DNA from: an uncultured Bacteroidales bacterium
Lineage (GTDB): Bacteria > Bacteroidota > Bacteroidia > Bacteroidales > UBA3824
Assembly (NCBI GenBank): GCA_905234655.1
Contig: CAJOJG010000009.1
Location: 352 to 64,351 of the forward strand
Direction: 5' to 3'
Length of the DNA stretch: 64,000 nt
Each line of letters starts with the position of its first letter. Position 1 is the first letter of the stretch. Made by a program: the position numbers and the translations under genes. Shown here piece by piece: positions 1-8,934 of this stretch. The notes below the pieces were generated by a model. That model was given only the letters and a program-made list of their open reading frames with translations. It had not been told where the DNA came from and did no database searches.

Positions 1-2
1 TA

Positions 3-413
3 AACCGCATCCGCCAACGTATGATAACTCTTTGGCAGCACGAATTGACCACCGACGAAAAGGATTCCCGCGACACCATCCGCATCAACGCAGGCAGCAT
101 CAACGCCGGAATGTTCCAGTACATTCAGAGCGAATATCTTACGCCAAAATGTTCACACTGCCATTCGGGAACACCTTGGGCTGCAGGGTTATCCCTTAAA
201 GAAGGGGAAAGTTACAAGGCAATGATTAATGTAATGTCGCAGAAACGTAATACTATTAGTATTGTAACGCCTGGCGACACGGCAGCAAGTGCATTACACC
301 TTATTCTTAGAGGAAATCTTCCCGAAGCAACCAAGCAACACACCGACATTCTTCCCACCGATGCCGACAAGGACATCATCGACATGTGGATAATGGCGGG
401 GGCAAAGCCGTAG
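3..413 (+). CDS. C-terminal part of a c-type cytochrome-domain protein (5' end lies outside the window)
   Basis: The frame is open to the window edge. It has a heme-binding CXXCH motif (KCSHCHSG) followed by GLSL...IVTPGD...LP...WI..GA, which resembles planctomycete-type cytochrome c (PSCyt1-like) domains. Confidence 0.55.
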   Translation, partial: NRIRQRMITLWQHELTTDEKDSRDTIRINAGSINAGMFQYIQSEYLTPKCSHCHSGTPWAAGLSLKEGESYKAMINVMSQKRNTISIVTPGDTAASALHLILRGNLPEATKQHTDILPTDADKDIIDMWIMAGAKP

Positions 414-473
414 GGTGCGGTTAATCGTGTCCTTGCGTGAAATAATTCGCCAGCGCGTACAGCGGCACGTCCG

Positions 474-1528
474 TCACCGTCTCGCCTTTTTGGTAAGGCG
501 CAAGCGAAGTGCGGACAACGTTCTTTGCTTGACGTAAATGCCTATGGACTTGGATTTTAGGTGTTTTTCGGCTTTTACTTCAATTGGGATTACCCCGCCA
601 TTGTGCTGAACCACAAAATCTATCTCGGCACGGCTCTCGTCGGGTGTCCAATAGTGGATTTCGGTGTTTTCGATGCAGCGAAGTTCTTGAAGTACAAACT
701 GTTCCGTCAATGCGCCCTTGTACTGCATGAAAATCTCGTTGCCCTGCACGAGCGTGGCGGCGTCAAGACCGCTGATTGCACCATGGAGGCCGATGTCGAG
801 GGTGTAGAGTTTGAACGAATCCATGTCCTCAAATCTTTTTTTTAGGATTTCAGGATTTCGGTATGTACTTGGCGGACAGCGTTGTAATCCATCTGCGAGG
901 CAAAAGTGTTGACGGCTTCCGGCATTCCGCCCACATAGTAATATTGGCGGAGAAGGTCGGTGTAAGTGGCTGAAAACGTGTTGATAGCGACATAATCGCC
1001 GCTTTTGAGCATATCCACGAGGCCGCCGCGCCCGATGGCGTCCAAAAATTCCGCAAAGCAAAGTGGATAGACGTGTATGAACGACACTTTGCCCACTGGG
1101 AACGAATCGTCCTTGTGGTCGATGAGCCCCAAAAGCGAGCCGGCGGCGATGATGTGGAGTTCGGGCATTTGGTCAAGAAAATATTTCAGCGACAACAAGC
1201 CGCGCCGCGCAAACTGTATTTCGTCGAAGAACAGCAGTGTCTTGCCGGGTTCGATTTTTTTACCGGCAAAGGCTTGGATTGACATCAGGATACGGTTGAG
1301 GTCGAAGTTTGTCTCGAAAAGTGGACGCAATTCCGTCATCTGCTCGAAGTTGACTTCCACAAACGAATCAAACTCGCGTTTGCCGAGTTCCCTCGCCAGC
1401 CACGTCTTGCCGGTTTGCCGCGCGCCCTCCAAAATGAGTGGCTTTCGGCGTGTTGGCGGAAGGTTTTTCCACGCCAACAACGAAGTGTATACTTGCCTTT
1501 TCATACTATGATTGTTTTGATTTGGCAA
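474..1528 (-). pseudogene. Disrupted AAA ATPase of the DUF4143 type
   Basis: The N-terminal ORF (842-1528) has a Walker A motif (GARQTGKTW) and Walker B-like LLFFDEIQ. The C-terminal part (FKLYTLDIGL...AEIDFVV...IPIEVKAE) continues in another frame (474-~850). The frames switch at an 8-nt homopolymer (836-843), and about 100 aa of expected middle region seem to be missing. Confidence 0.6.
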
Positions 1529-1545
1529 AGATATTGTTTAATAAA

Positions 1546-1626
1546 CACGTTTTTGGTACGAAAAAGTGTCGATACCCGCACGTTTTTGGTACGAAAAAGC
1601 GTTGAAACCCGCACGTTTTTGTCAGG
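1546..1626. repeat. 33-bp direct tandem repeat, 2.5 copies (CACGTTTTTGGTACGAAAAAGYGTYGAWACCCG)
   Basis: Units at 1546-1578, 1579-1611 and a partial unit at 1612-1626. Each holds an imperfect palindrome, ACGTTTTT..AAAAAGYGT. The repeat lies in the divergent intergenic region between the ATPase pseudogene and ccsBA. Confidence 0.85.
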
Positions 1627-1670
1627 AAAGTTGATTTGGTCAAGTTTATATAATTTGGTAACTTTGCAAT

Positions 1671-3638
1671 ATGACATCAAAATTAATAAAACCAACCATC
1701 ATTGCCGCGTTTTCCGCAGTGCTTGTTGCGATGGCGGCGGCGACGTTCTTCACGCAGGAAACCGCCGACAAGAACGTCTATACAACCGTGTGGTTTTCAG
1801 TGCTTTGGGCGGTGCTGACGGTGTGTTCGCCGCCAGTGTTTTTCAGGAGGCTGAAGGGCAAACTGCCGGTGCTGGTTTTCCATCTGTCGTTAGTGGTGAT
1901 TTTGGCGGGTGCGTTGTCCACAAAAATCACGTCAAAAGAGGGAATCCTGCACGTAAGGCAAAACGAGTCAGAAACCTCGTTCCTACTTAAAAATCAAATG
2001 GTTAAAGAGGATTTCGGCTTTACGGTCAGGCTCGACAGTTTCAACATCGTCCACTACCAAGGCACGCAAATGCCGCAGGATTATGCGAGTTTTTTGACTG
2101 TAAGCACGGGCGGCGACAGCCTCAAAACCACCGTCTCTATGAACAGGATTTTTAAGAAAAACGGTTATAGGTTTTATCAGACAAGTTTTGACCCTGACGG
2201 CTTAGGCACTTGGCTCACAGTTAATTATGACCCAATCGGAACGCCGCTCACATACCTCGGCTACGTGCTTTTCGCGCTGTCGGGGCTGTGGATTTTGTTT
2301 TCAAAAAAGGCTGATTTCCTCAAACTTTTAAAACACCCGGCGTTAAAGAAAGGCGGACTTTTTATACTGCTTGTTTGTCTTAACACGGGGTTGTCAGCCC
2401 AAAACCGCAAAGTGCCTACTATCAGCGATGAAGAATCCGTGCAAGTATCTGAAAAACAGATTGTTTACAACGGACGTATCGCGCCGTTCAACACGATGGC
2501 GAGGGATTTTGTGTCGAAAATCTATGGCAGACCCGATTACTATTCGCTGACCCCTGAGCAGGTTGTCTGCGGTTGGATTTACCGCCCCGACGCATGGAAG
2601 GACGAAAAGATGATTCTCATAAAGGACAAAAATCTGCAAAAACAACTCGGCGTAGAAAAATATGCTGCGTTTAAGGATTTTTTTGACGAAAGCGAGAACT
2701 ACCGCCTCAACAGCCTCGAGGCCACAAAAGCCGTACGCGAATTGGACGAAAAAATTGGGCTTATTCTGATGCTCACAAGCGGGAAACTATTCAAAGATTC
2801 CGACGTAAAAATCTCACAATCAAAGATAAAGGCGGAAATTGCATACAACGGTTTCAACTTTGCCAAGATACTTTTTATGGCGAACCTCACAATCGGATTT
2901 TTGGCGTTTATCGTGATGATTGTAACGAAAAATTTTCCGCCGAAATTGTTCCGAATTTTGAGGGTTTTGCTGATAATCGCGATGACGATTGACCTCTGCG
3001 GATACGTCCTCAGGTGGTACATTTCGGGGCGCGTGCCGATGGGCAACGGCTACGAGACAATGCTCTTTATGTCGCTGGTAATCATGGTGTTGGCTATAAT
3101 CTTCGGCAACAAAATCAAAATCCTGACACCGTTTGGATTCCTGATTTCGGGCTTCACGCTTTTGGTGGCGTGGCTCGGTCAGAAAAATCCGCAGATAACG
3201 CCGCTCATGCCGGTCTTGAACTCGCCGATTTTGAGCGCGCACGTTTCGACGATAATGATTGCGTACAGTCTGTTGGCGTTCACCTTTTTCAGCGGTGTTT
3301 TCTCGCTGTTTATCAAGGACTTGGACAAACTGAAACAACTCTCTGTCCTGAGCCGCATAATGCTCTATCCGGCTGAAATCCTGCTCGGTATAGGCATATT
3401 TTTGGGCGCGGTCTGGGCAAACATTTCGTGGGGGCGTTATTGGAGTTGGGACCCAAAGGAGACATGGGCGTTGATAACGTTCATGGTCTATGCGTTGCCG
3501 TTCCATAAGGTTGATTTAAAGGCGTTTAGCGATGACAAAAAACTGCTCAGGTTCTTCATTTTCGCATTTTTGACTGTGATGATGACCTACTTCGGTGTCA
3601 ACTACTTTTTGGGCGGAATGCATAGTTATGCGAATTGA
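1671..3638 (+). CDS. ccsBA: Cytochrome c biogenesis protein, ResB/CcsB-CcsA fusion (system II heme handling)
   Basis: 655 aa and polytopic. The N-terminal half is ResB-like (FTVRLDSF..YASFLTV..NGYRFYQTS). The C-terminal half carries the CcsA WWD motif WGRYWSWDPKETW. Confidence 0.8.
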   Translation: MTSKLIKPTIIAAFSAVLVAMAAATFFTQETADKNVYTTVWFSVLWAVLTVCSPPVFFRRLKGKLPVLVFHLSLVVILAGALSTKITSKEGILHVRQNESETSFLLKNQMVKEDFGFTVRLDSFNIVHYQGTQMPQDYASFLTVSTGGDSLKTTVSMNRIFKKNGYRFYQTSFDPDGLGTWLTVNYDPIGTPLTYLGYVLFALSGLWILFSKKADFLKLLKHPALKKGGLFILLVCLNTGLSAQNRKVPTISDEESVQVSEKQIVYNGRIAPFNTMARDFVSKIYGRPDYYSLTPEQVVCGWIYRPDAWKDEKMILIKDKNLQKQLGVEKYAAFKDFFDESENYRLNSLEATKAVRELDEKIGLILMLTSGKLFKDSDVKISQSKIKAEIAYNGFNFAKILFMANLTIGFLAFIVMIVTKNFPPKLFRILRVLLIIAMTIDLCGYVLRWYISGRVPMGNGYETMLFMSLVIMVLAIIFGNKIKILTPFGFLISGFTLLVAWLGQKNPQITPLMPVLNSPILSAHVSTIMIAYSLLAFTFFSGVFSLFIKDLDKLKQLSVLSRIMLYPAEILLGIGIFLGAVWANISWGRYWSWDPKETWALITFMVYALPFHKVDLKAFSDDKKLLRFFIFAFLTVMMTYFGVNYFLGGMHSYAN

Positions 3639-3682
3639 AAATTTTCGTGTTTTTCGTAGTTAAAAATATTAATAGTTGAATT

Positions 3683-4807
3683 ATGGAAAAGTACAAAATA
3701 AATTACAAAGAAATTGGCGCGTGGGCTGAGGTTTCGGCTTTTGCGCCCGAATACCATGTGATGGTTCACGTTGAGCCGCGCGGAGAAAAGTTCGCCGGTC
3801 AGTACGAGCGGATTCTCAAAGCCGGCGATTTGCTTATGCAAGAGCCTGATTTTGAGGGTTCTGCGGTTGTTTTCAAACGCTATTTCGTAAGCGACGCAAC
3901 CAACCAGCGTCCCGACATGAAATCGGAGGCGGGCTACGGTGTGTCGCTGATTCAGCAGCCGCCATTGGACGGCAGCAAGATTGCGATGTGGCTTTATATC
4001 GTCAAGGGCGGCAAACTGACGATTGAAAACGGCTGTAACGTGTTGGAACACAACGGATACCGTCATATCTACAAAATGGGTATGCACGAGCATAACGGCG
4101 ACAGCGCGGCTCAGACCGAGAGCCTTCTGCTCGATTATGAGGAGACTTTGGCGCGGTTCAACGCCACTTTGGAGTTCAACTGCATACGCACGTGGTTTTT
4201 TGTCCGCGATGTTGACATCCAGTACGCCGGAATGGTGAAAGCCCGCCGCAAAAACTTTGTGGAACAGGGACTTACCACAAAAACTCACTACATTGCCTCA
4301 ACCGGCATCGGCGGACTTCCTGCCGACACACGCTCGATTATCCAACTCGGCACTTACGCCCTGACCGGACACGAGAGAAGCCAAGTGAAATTTCTCTATG
4401 CGCCTGAGTATCTGAATCCTACGTATGAATACGGCGTAACGTTTGAGCGCGGCACTGCGGTTGAGTACGGCGACCGTGCTGGAATCTACATCTCAGGCAC
4501 CGCGAGCATCGACAACAAGGGCAATGTCCTTTTTATCGGCGACATCGAGAAACAAACCTTGCGCATGTTGGAAAACGTGGACGCGCTGTTAAAAGAGGCA
4601 GAAAGCGGTTTCCAAGATGTCGCACAAATCATCGTCTATCTCCGCGACATCAATGATTATCAGATAGTTAAGCAGATTTTTGACGAGCGTTTCCCCGATA
4701 TTCCGAAGGTCATTACCCTCGCGCCCGTCTGCCGCCCCACATGGCTCATCGAGATGGAGTGCATCGCGGTTGCAGAAAGGAAAAACGACGGGGTAAGGAA
4801 GTGGTAA
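3683..4807 (+). CDS. RidA/YjgF-fold protein, long two-domain form (FkbO/Hyg5 chorismatase-like)
   Basis: 374 aa. The C-terminal region (ISGTASID..G......DIEKQT...LENV..LL......D....IVYL.D) is typical of the YjgF/RidA family. The length fits the tandem-domain chorismatase-like subgroup. Confidence 0.5.
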   Translation: MEKYKINYKEIGAWAEVSAFAPEYHVMVHVEPRGEKFAGQYERILKAGDLLMQEPDFEGSAVVFKRYFVSDATNQRPDMKSEAGYGVSLIQQPPLDGSKIAMWLYIVKGGKLTIENGCNVLEHNGYRHIYKMGMHEHNGDSAAQTESLLLDYEETLARFNATLEFNCIRTWFFVRDVDIQYAGMVKARRKNFVEQGLTTKTHYIASTGIGGLPADTRSIIQLGTYALTGHERSQVKFLYAPEYLNPTYEYGVTFERGTAVEYGDRAGIYISGTASIDNKGNVLFIGDIEKQTLRMLENVDALLKEAESGFQDVAQIIVYLRDINDYQIVKQIFDERFPDIPKVITLAPVCRPTWLIEMECIAVAERKNDGVRKW

Positions 4808-4831
4808 GCGATTGGGGGTCAAGGAGAAATA

Positions 4832-6112
4832 TTATTCAACTTTATATTTCTCCCCCCAGTGCTGCTGCATAGTTTCCTTTGCGCGGAGTTCGGCGGTGTT
4901 GTTGCCAGGGATGTAGAACGACGTGCCGCTGATTTCGTCCGGCATGAACTCTTGCTGCACAAAATGACCCGGATAATCGTGTGAATACTTATAATCAACA
5001 CCATAGCCGAGTTGTTCCATGAGTTTCGTGGGCGCGTTGCGGATATTAAGCGGCACTGGCAGGTCGCCGGTGCGCTTCACAAGTTCCATGGCGGAATTTA
5101 TGGCGTTATACGCGGAATTGCTTTTGGGCGAGTTTGCGAGGTAAATCACTGTCTCACTGAGGATTATCCGTGCCTCGGGGTAGCCGATTGTGCTGACCGC
5201 CTGAAAACAGGCGTTGGCGATAAGCGCGGCGTTTGGATTTGCAAGTCCAATGTCCTCGCTCGCCGAAATCACAAGCCGACGGGCTATGAACTTCAAGTCC
5301 TCGCCGCCCGACAGCATCCTCGCAAGCCAATAGACCGCCGCATTGGGGTCGCTGCCACGGATGGACTTTATGAAAGCGGAAATGATGTCATAGTGCATGT
5401 CGCCCTTCTTGTCGTACATCGCGGTCGATTTCTGAAGGCATTTTGAGACTGTGTCGTCGTTGATGACGATATGGTCGGTGGACTGTGCATTAATCACAAT
5501 CTCCAAGATATTCAGCAACTTACGCGCATCTCCCCCACTCTGCCGGAATAATGCGGCGGTCTCCTCGACCGTGATGTCCATGTCCTTAAGCACGGAATCC
5601 AAGGTCAATGCGCGGTTCAACAAATCCTCAAGGTCTTGTTTTTCAAGCGGTTGAAGCACATAGACCTCACATCTCGACAATAGCGGCGCGATGACCTCGA
5701 ATGACGGATTTTCGGTCGTTGCGCCTATCAGGACCACAATCCCCTGCTCGACCGCGCCAAGCAGCGAATCCTGCTGGCTCTTATTGAAACGGTGGATTTC
5801 GTCGATGAACAGGATTGGCGTCTGCGGATTGAAAAGTGACTGGTGCTGAGCCTTTTCCAGAACGTCACGCACATCCTTGACACCACTCGTGACCGCGCTC
5901 AAAGTATACATGGCACGGTTTCCGCTGTTGGCGATGATACGGGCGAGAGTGGTCTTCCCCACCCCCGGCGGCCCCCAAAGGATTATGCTTTGGATACGTC
6001 CAGTGTTAATCATATTGCGCAAGACCGCGCCCTCGCCCACGAGGTGACGCTGCCCGACATACTCGTCAAGATTCTTCGGCCTCATTCGCTCGGCCAATGG
6101 CATGTTGCTCAT
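4832..6112 (-). CDS. rarA: Replication-associated recombination protein A (AAA ATPase)
   Basis: MSNMPLAERMRPKNLDEYVGQ.HL, Walker A GPPGVGKTT, Walker B FIDEIHRFNK and a MgsA C-terminal region. The start was chosen at the internal Met (6112) rather than the ORF maximum (6169). Confidence 0.9.
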   Translation of the reverse strand: MSNMPLAERMRPKNLDEYVGQRHLVGEGAVLRNMINTGRIQSIILWGPPGVGKTTLARIIANSGNRAMYTLSAVTSGVKDVRDVLEKAQHQSLFNPQTPILFIDEIHRFNKSQQDSLLGAVEQGIVVLIGATTENPSFEVIAPLLSRCEVYVLQPLEKQDLEDLLNRALTLDSVLKDMDITVEETAALFRQSGGDARKLLNILEIVINAQSTDHIVINDDTVSKCLQKSTAMYDKKGDMHYDIISAFIKSIRGSDPNAAVYWLARMLSGGEDLKFIARRLVISASEDIGLANPNAALIANACFQAVSTIGYPEARIILSETVIYLANSPKSNSAYNAINSAMELVKRTGDLPVPLNIRNAPTKLMEQLGYGVDYKYSHDYPGHFVQQEFMPDEISGTSFYIPGNNTAELRAKETMQQHWGEKYKVE

Positions 6113-6215
6113 AATGTTCCAGTTAAAAACGACAGCCGCAAAGTTACACTTTTTAAATGACAAGGGCAAATTTTATTTTTCTTCACGAAAAAAGCGATGA
6201 TATAAGAAAATGTTT

Positions 6216-6223
6216 TATATTTG
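6216..6223 (+). promoter_or_regulatory. Bacteroidetes-type -7 promoter box TATATTTG
   Basis: Exact TAnnTTTG match about 28 nt upstream of the ATG at 6251. Confidence 0.45.
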
Positions 6224-6250
6224 CAGTTGAAAATAAATAAAACCAATCCA

Positions 6251-7450
6251 ATGAAACATCGAATTTCAACTGCGATAATACTTGCCGCCACGCTGCTCGG
6301 CGTTGCGTCGTGCGGCACACAGAAAAAATACATCAGGGTCGAGAACATCAACAGCGTCAACTCGCTGAAAGACAACCCATTGATATACTCGCTGCCCAAG
6401 ACGGCACTGTCCGTAAAAGTAACAGCGGTCAACGAAGTCAGCGTCCGCGGACCATACTGCCAGTACGCGCAAAAATACATGGGCACTGACGACATAATCA
6501 ACGCAAACTCAAGCACTTGGAAACTTGGAAAAATCGACATCTCGTCCTACCCGATCCAAGACTCGTCGCGCACATTCATCGTCGAGACAAACTATCCATG
6601 CTCAATGAACTTCAGCCCCGAAGGATTCCTCGAAAGCGTCAACACTAAGCCCGACTTCCAGGAACAAAACTACCGTAACAGCAACACACTCAGCAATATA
6701 AGCAGCGACGACATCGCCAGCCGCCGCAAATTCCAGGACATGAACGTCAACAGGTACGAGACCGTGTTCGACACAGTTTTGCACGTCGTGGACGCAGACT
6801 CGATATTCACCACAGTCCCGTCCGCCAAGAAAAACCTCATCCGCAAATCCCTCGAAGAACAAGCACAAGAACTTGCAAACCAGATATTTGTACTCCGCGA
6901 CGACCGCAACGCGCTCCTCAAAGGCGAGAGCGACGGAAAGAGCCTGCCGGACGGCGACGCGCTCAAGTACATGGTTGACCAACTCAACAAACTCGAAGAA
7001 TCCTACATGAGCATGTTCATCGGCAAAAAAATCAAAATCGAAAAGACATACATCTTCGACCTTGTGCCAAAAAGTGAAAGCAAACAGCAGGAAGTCATCT
7101 TCAGATTCTCGCCAGAATACGGCGTTGTACCGAAAGAGAGTGCAAAAGGCAACCCCATCACCCTGGAAATCACCGACTTGCACGACAATACCATAATCTC
7201 CAAGTACAACCACAAGCAGAAATCCATGCAGCAAAAGTCAGGCTCGGCGACCCAAGCCAACGGACTTGCATACCTGACTAACGCATACGCCACAGTCAGA
7301 GTGATGCAAAAGGCCAACTCGCTGTCAGAAAAGACAATAAACATCAACCAGTTTGGAAAAGTAAGATACCTGCCGTCGTCACTGATGAAAAACGAGGACT
7401 TCAAACTAATCCTCTACCCGCAGACCGGCACAATCAAAAGCCTTAACTAA
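6251..7450 (+). CDS. Hypothetical lipoprotein
   Basis: Signal peptide with lipobox (MKHRISTAIILAATLLGVASCG). No recognisable catalytic motif. Confidence 0.6.
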   Translation: MKHRISTAIILAATLLGVASCGTQKKYIRVENINSVNSLKDNPLIYSLPKTALSVKVTAVNEVSVRGPYCQYAQKYMGTDDIINANSSTWKLGKIDISSYPIQDSSRTFIVETNYPCSMNFSPEGFLESVNTKPDFQEQNYRNSNTLSNISSDDIASRRKFQDMNVNRYETVFDTVLHVVDADSIFTTVPSAKKNLIRKSLEEQAQELANQIFVLRDDRNALLKGESDGKSLPDGDALKYMVDQLNKLEESYMSMFIGKKIKIEKTYIFDLVPKSESKQQEVIFRFSPEYGVVPKESAKGNPITLEITDLHDNTIISKYNHKQKSMQQKSGSATQANGLAYLTNAYATVRVMQKANSLSEKTININQFGKVRYLPSSLMKNEDFKLILYPQTGTIKSLN

Positions 7451-7520
7451 CACCGAAAAAATTTTTTTGATACTAACAAAATAAACGCTACCTTTGGGAG
7501 CATAACCAAAACGCCATAGC

Positions 7521-8834
7521 ATGTCAAGAATAGCCATCATAGGAGCAGGAATATCGGGATTGTCAGCCGCCAAGTCACTAATGGACAGCCACTCCGTCAC
7601 AATATACGAAAAAAGCGAAACTGCGGGCGGAATAGCCAAGAGCCAGCACGCCGACGGGTGCGTGTTCCACGTCTGCGGCGCAAACTCGATGAAAAGCCTG
7701 CACGATGCCACACGCTCATTCATATCGTCGCTCATCGACATCGACGAGGAAATTGTGGAAATCACACGAAACAGCGCGATACTCTTCGAGAACGGCGAAG
7801 TGTCAAAACCGGAGTTCCACGGCATGTTCCGCAAAAAAATGACCGAAATAGAAGGTGTGCCGAGCCCGATAGAGAACCACATATACATGTTCAAGCCCGA
7901 AATCCAGCGTCAAATCATCAGCGACATCTTCCACGTCAAGGCAAAAGAGCGCAACCGGCGCGCGCCAAAATTCCTCGCCACATACCTCAAGTCGAAGTTT
8001 GGACAGACGCTCTACGACATGTACTTCGGCCCCTACAACGAAAAAGTTTGGCACAGCGACCTTAAAAAAATCCCGCTCAGATGGCTCGAAGGACGACTAA
8101 GCGCGCCGACCGCCGACGAAATCCTATTGGCCAACTTCAACCACACGAACTACAAGCCGGGAGCCGCAAAAACATTCCTCTACGACACTAAGGGCGGCGC
8201 ACAAAGGCTCATAGACCGCCTTGTGGAGACTTTGGGCGACAGGCTCGTATGCAACCACGCCGTCCAAACCATCGAGCGCAAAGGCGACGTGTGGACTGTG
8301 GACGGCTCAGAATACGACAAAGTCGTCTACTGCGCAAACCTGAAACTCCTGCCCAAAATCCTGAAAACCGACCTCATTGAACCATTCACAGGCTACATCG
8401 AATCCCTGAAATACCACGGCACCACGTCAGTATTCTGCGAATTGGCGAAGAATCCCTACACCGAGATTTACCTGCCAGGAAAAGAGCACCGCGCCCACAA
8501 AATAATATGCACAGGAAACTTCACGCCCGAAAATAACAACGACCGACACAAGATGACCGGCACTGTGGAGTTCACGGACTACATCTCCGAAGACGAAATA
8601 AAGGGCGAACTCTCACGTATGCCGCTTAACCCGACATACATCACGCACCGGTACATCGAATGCACCCACCCCATCCAGGACATTGACACGCGCGAAACTG
8701 TATCCAACATAAAAGCCGCGCTACTTCCGTCGGGATTCTACCTGACAGGCCTCATCGCCGAATGGGAACAATACAACGTCAACCAGGCCATCAACGCCGC
8801 AATCAAAACCGTCGAAACAATGCATAATTCATAA
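7521..8834 (+). CDS. FAD/NAD(P)-binding oxidoreductase (amine-oxidase / protoporphyrinogen-oxidase-like fold)
   Basis: N-terminal Rossmann dinucleotide motif IAIIGAGISGLSAA...YEK....GG. 437 aa. The last four codons and the stop (MHNS*) lie inside the heptamer repeat element. Confidence 0.6.
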   Translation: MSRIAIIGAGISGLSAAKSLMDSHSVTIYEKSETAGGIAKSQHADGCVFHVCGANSMKSLHDATRSFISSLIDIDEEIVEITRNSAILFENGEVSKPEFHGMFRKKMTEIEGVPSPIENHIYMFKPEIQRQIISDIFHVKAKERNRRAPKFLATYLKSKFGQTLYDMYFGPYNEKVWHSDLKKIPLRWLEGRLSAPTADEILLANFNHTNYKPGAAKTFLYDTKGGAQRLIDRLVETLGDRLVCNHAVQTIERKGDVWTVDGSEYDKVVYCANLKLLPKILKTDLIEPFTGYIESLKYHGTTSVFCELAKNPYTEIYLPGKEHRAHKIICTGNFTPENNNDRHKMTGTVEFTDYISEDEIKGELSRMPLNPTYITHRYIECTHPIQDIDTRETVSNIKAALLPSGFYLTGLIAEWEQYNVNQAINAAIKTVETMHNS

Positions 8835-8862
8835 TGCATAATTCATAATTGCCATTCGGCGG
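8819..8862. repeat. Heptamer-palindrome element, half copy ((ATAATGC/ATAATTC)n-ATAATTGCCATTCGGCGG)
   Basis: AATGCATAATTCATAATGCATAATTCATAATTGCCATTCGGCGG. It belongs to the same family as 10837, 27413, 27561, 54243 and 54321, and overlaps the stop codon of the upstream gene. Confidence 0.8.
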
Positions 8863-8884
8863 AAAAATATTAATGCAAACCAAA

Positions 8885-8912
8885 ATTGTCAATTGTCAAC
8901 TGTCAATTGCCG
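8885..8912. repeat. 7-bp microtandem ATTGTCA x4 (ATTGTCA ATTGTCA ACTGTCA ATTGCCG)
   Basis: Read directly from the sequence. It sits 23 nt upstream of the purO-like start codon. Confidence 0.7.
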
Positions 8913-8934
8913 ATTATTAAAAACAATAAACATA

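Noticed and set aside
1659-1666. TAACTTTG -7-like box upstream of ccsBA
   Set aside because: It ends only 4 nt before the annotated ATG, so the transcript would start at or after the start codon. I did not report it as a promoter.
1415-1990. 191-aa plus-strand ORF crossing the 33-bp tandem repeat into ccsBA
   Set aside because: It reads through the intergenic repeats and lies out of frame over the ccsBA start. The ccsBA frame carries the real motifs.
4811-4858. Inverted repeat GGAGAAATAT / ATATTTCTCC between the convergent RidA-like and rarA genes, as a possible bidirectional terminator
   Set aside because: The right arm lies inside the rarA coding sequence (last codons), and the stem is short and AT-rich. 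The evidence is insufficient.
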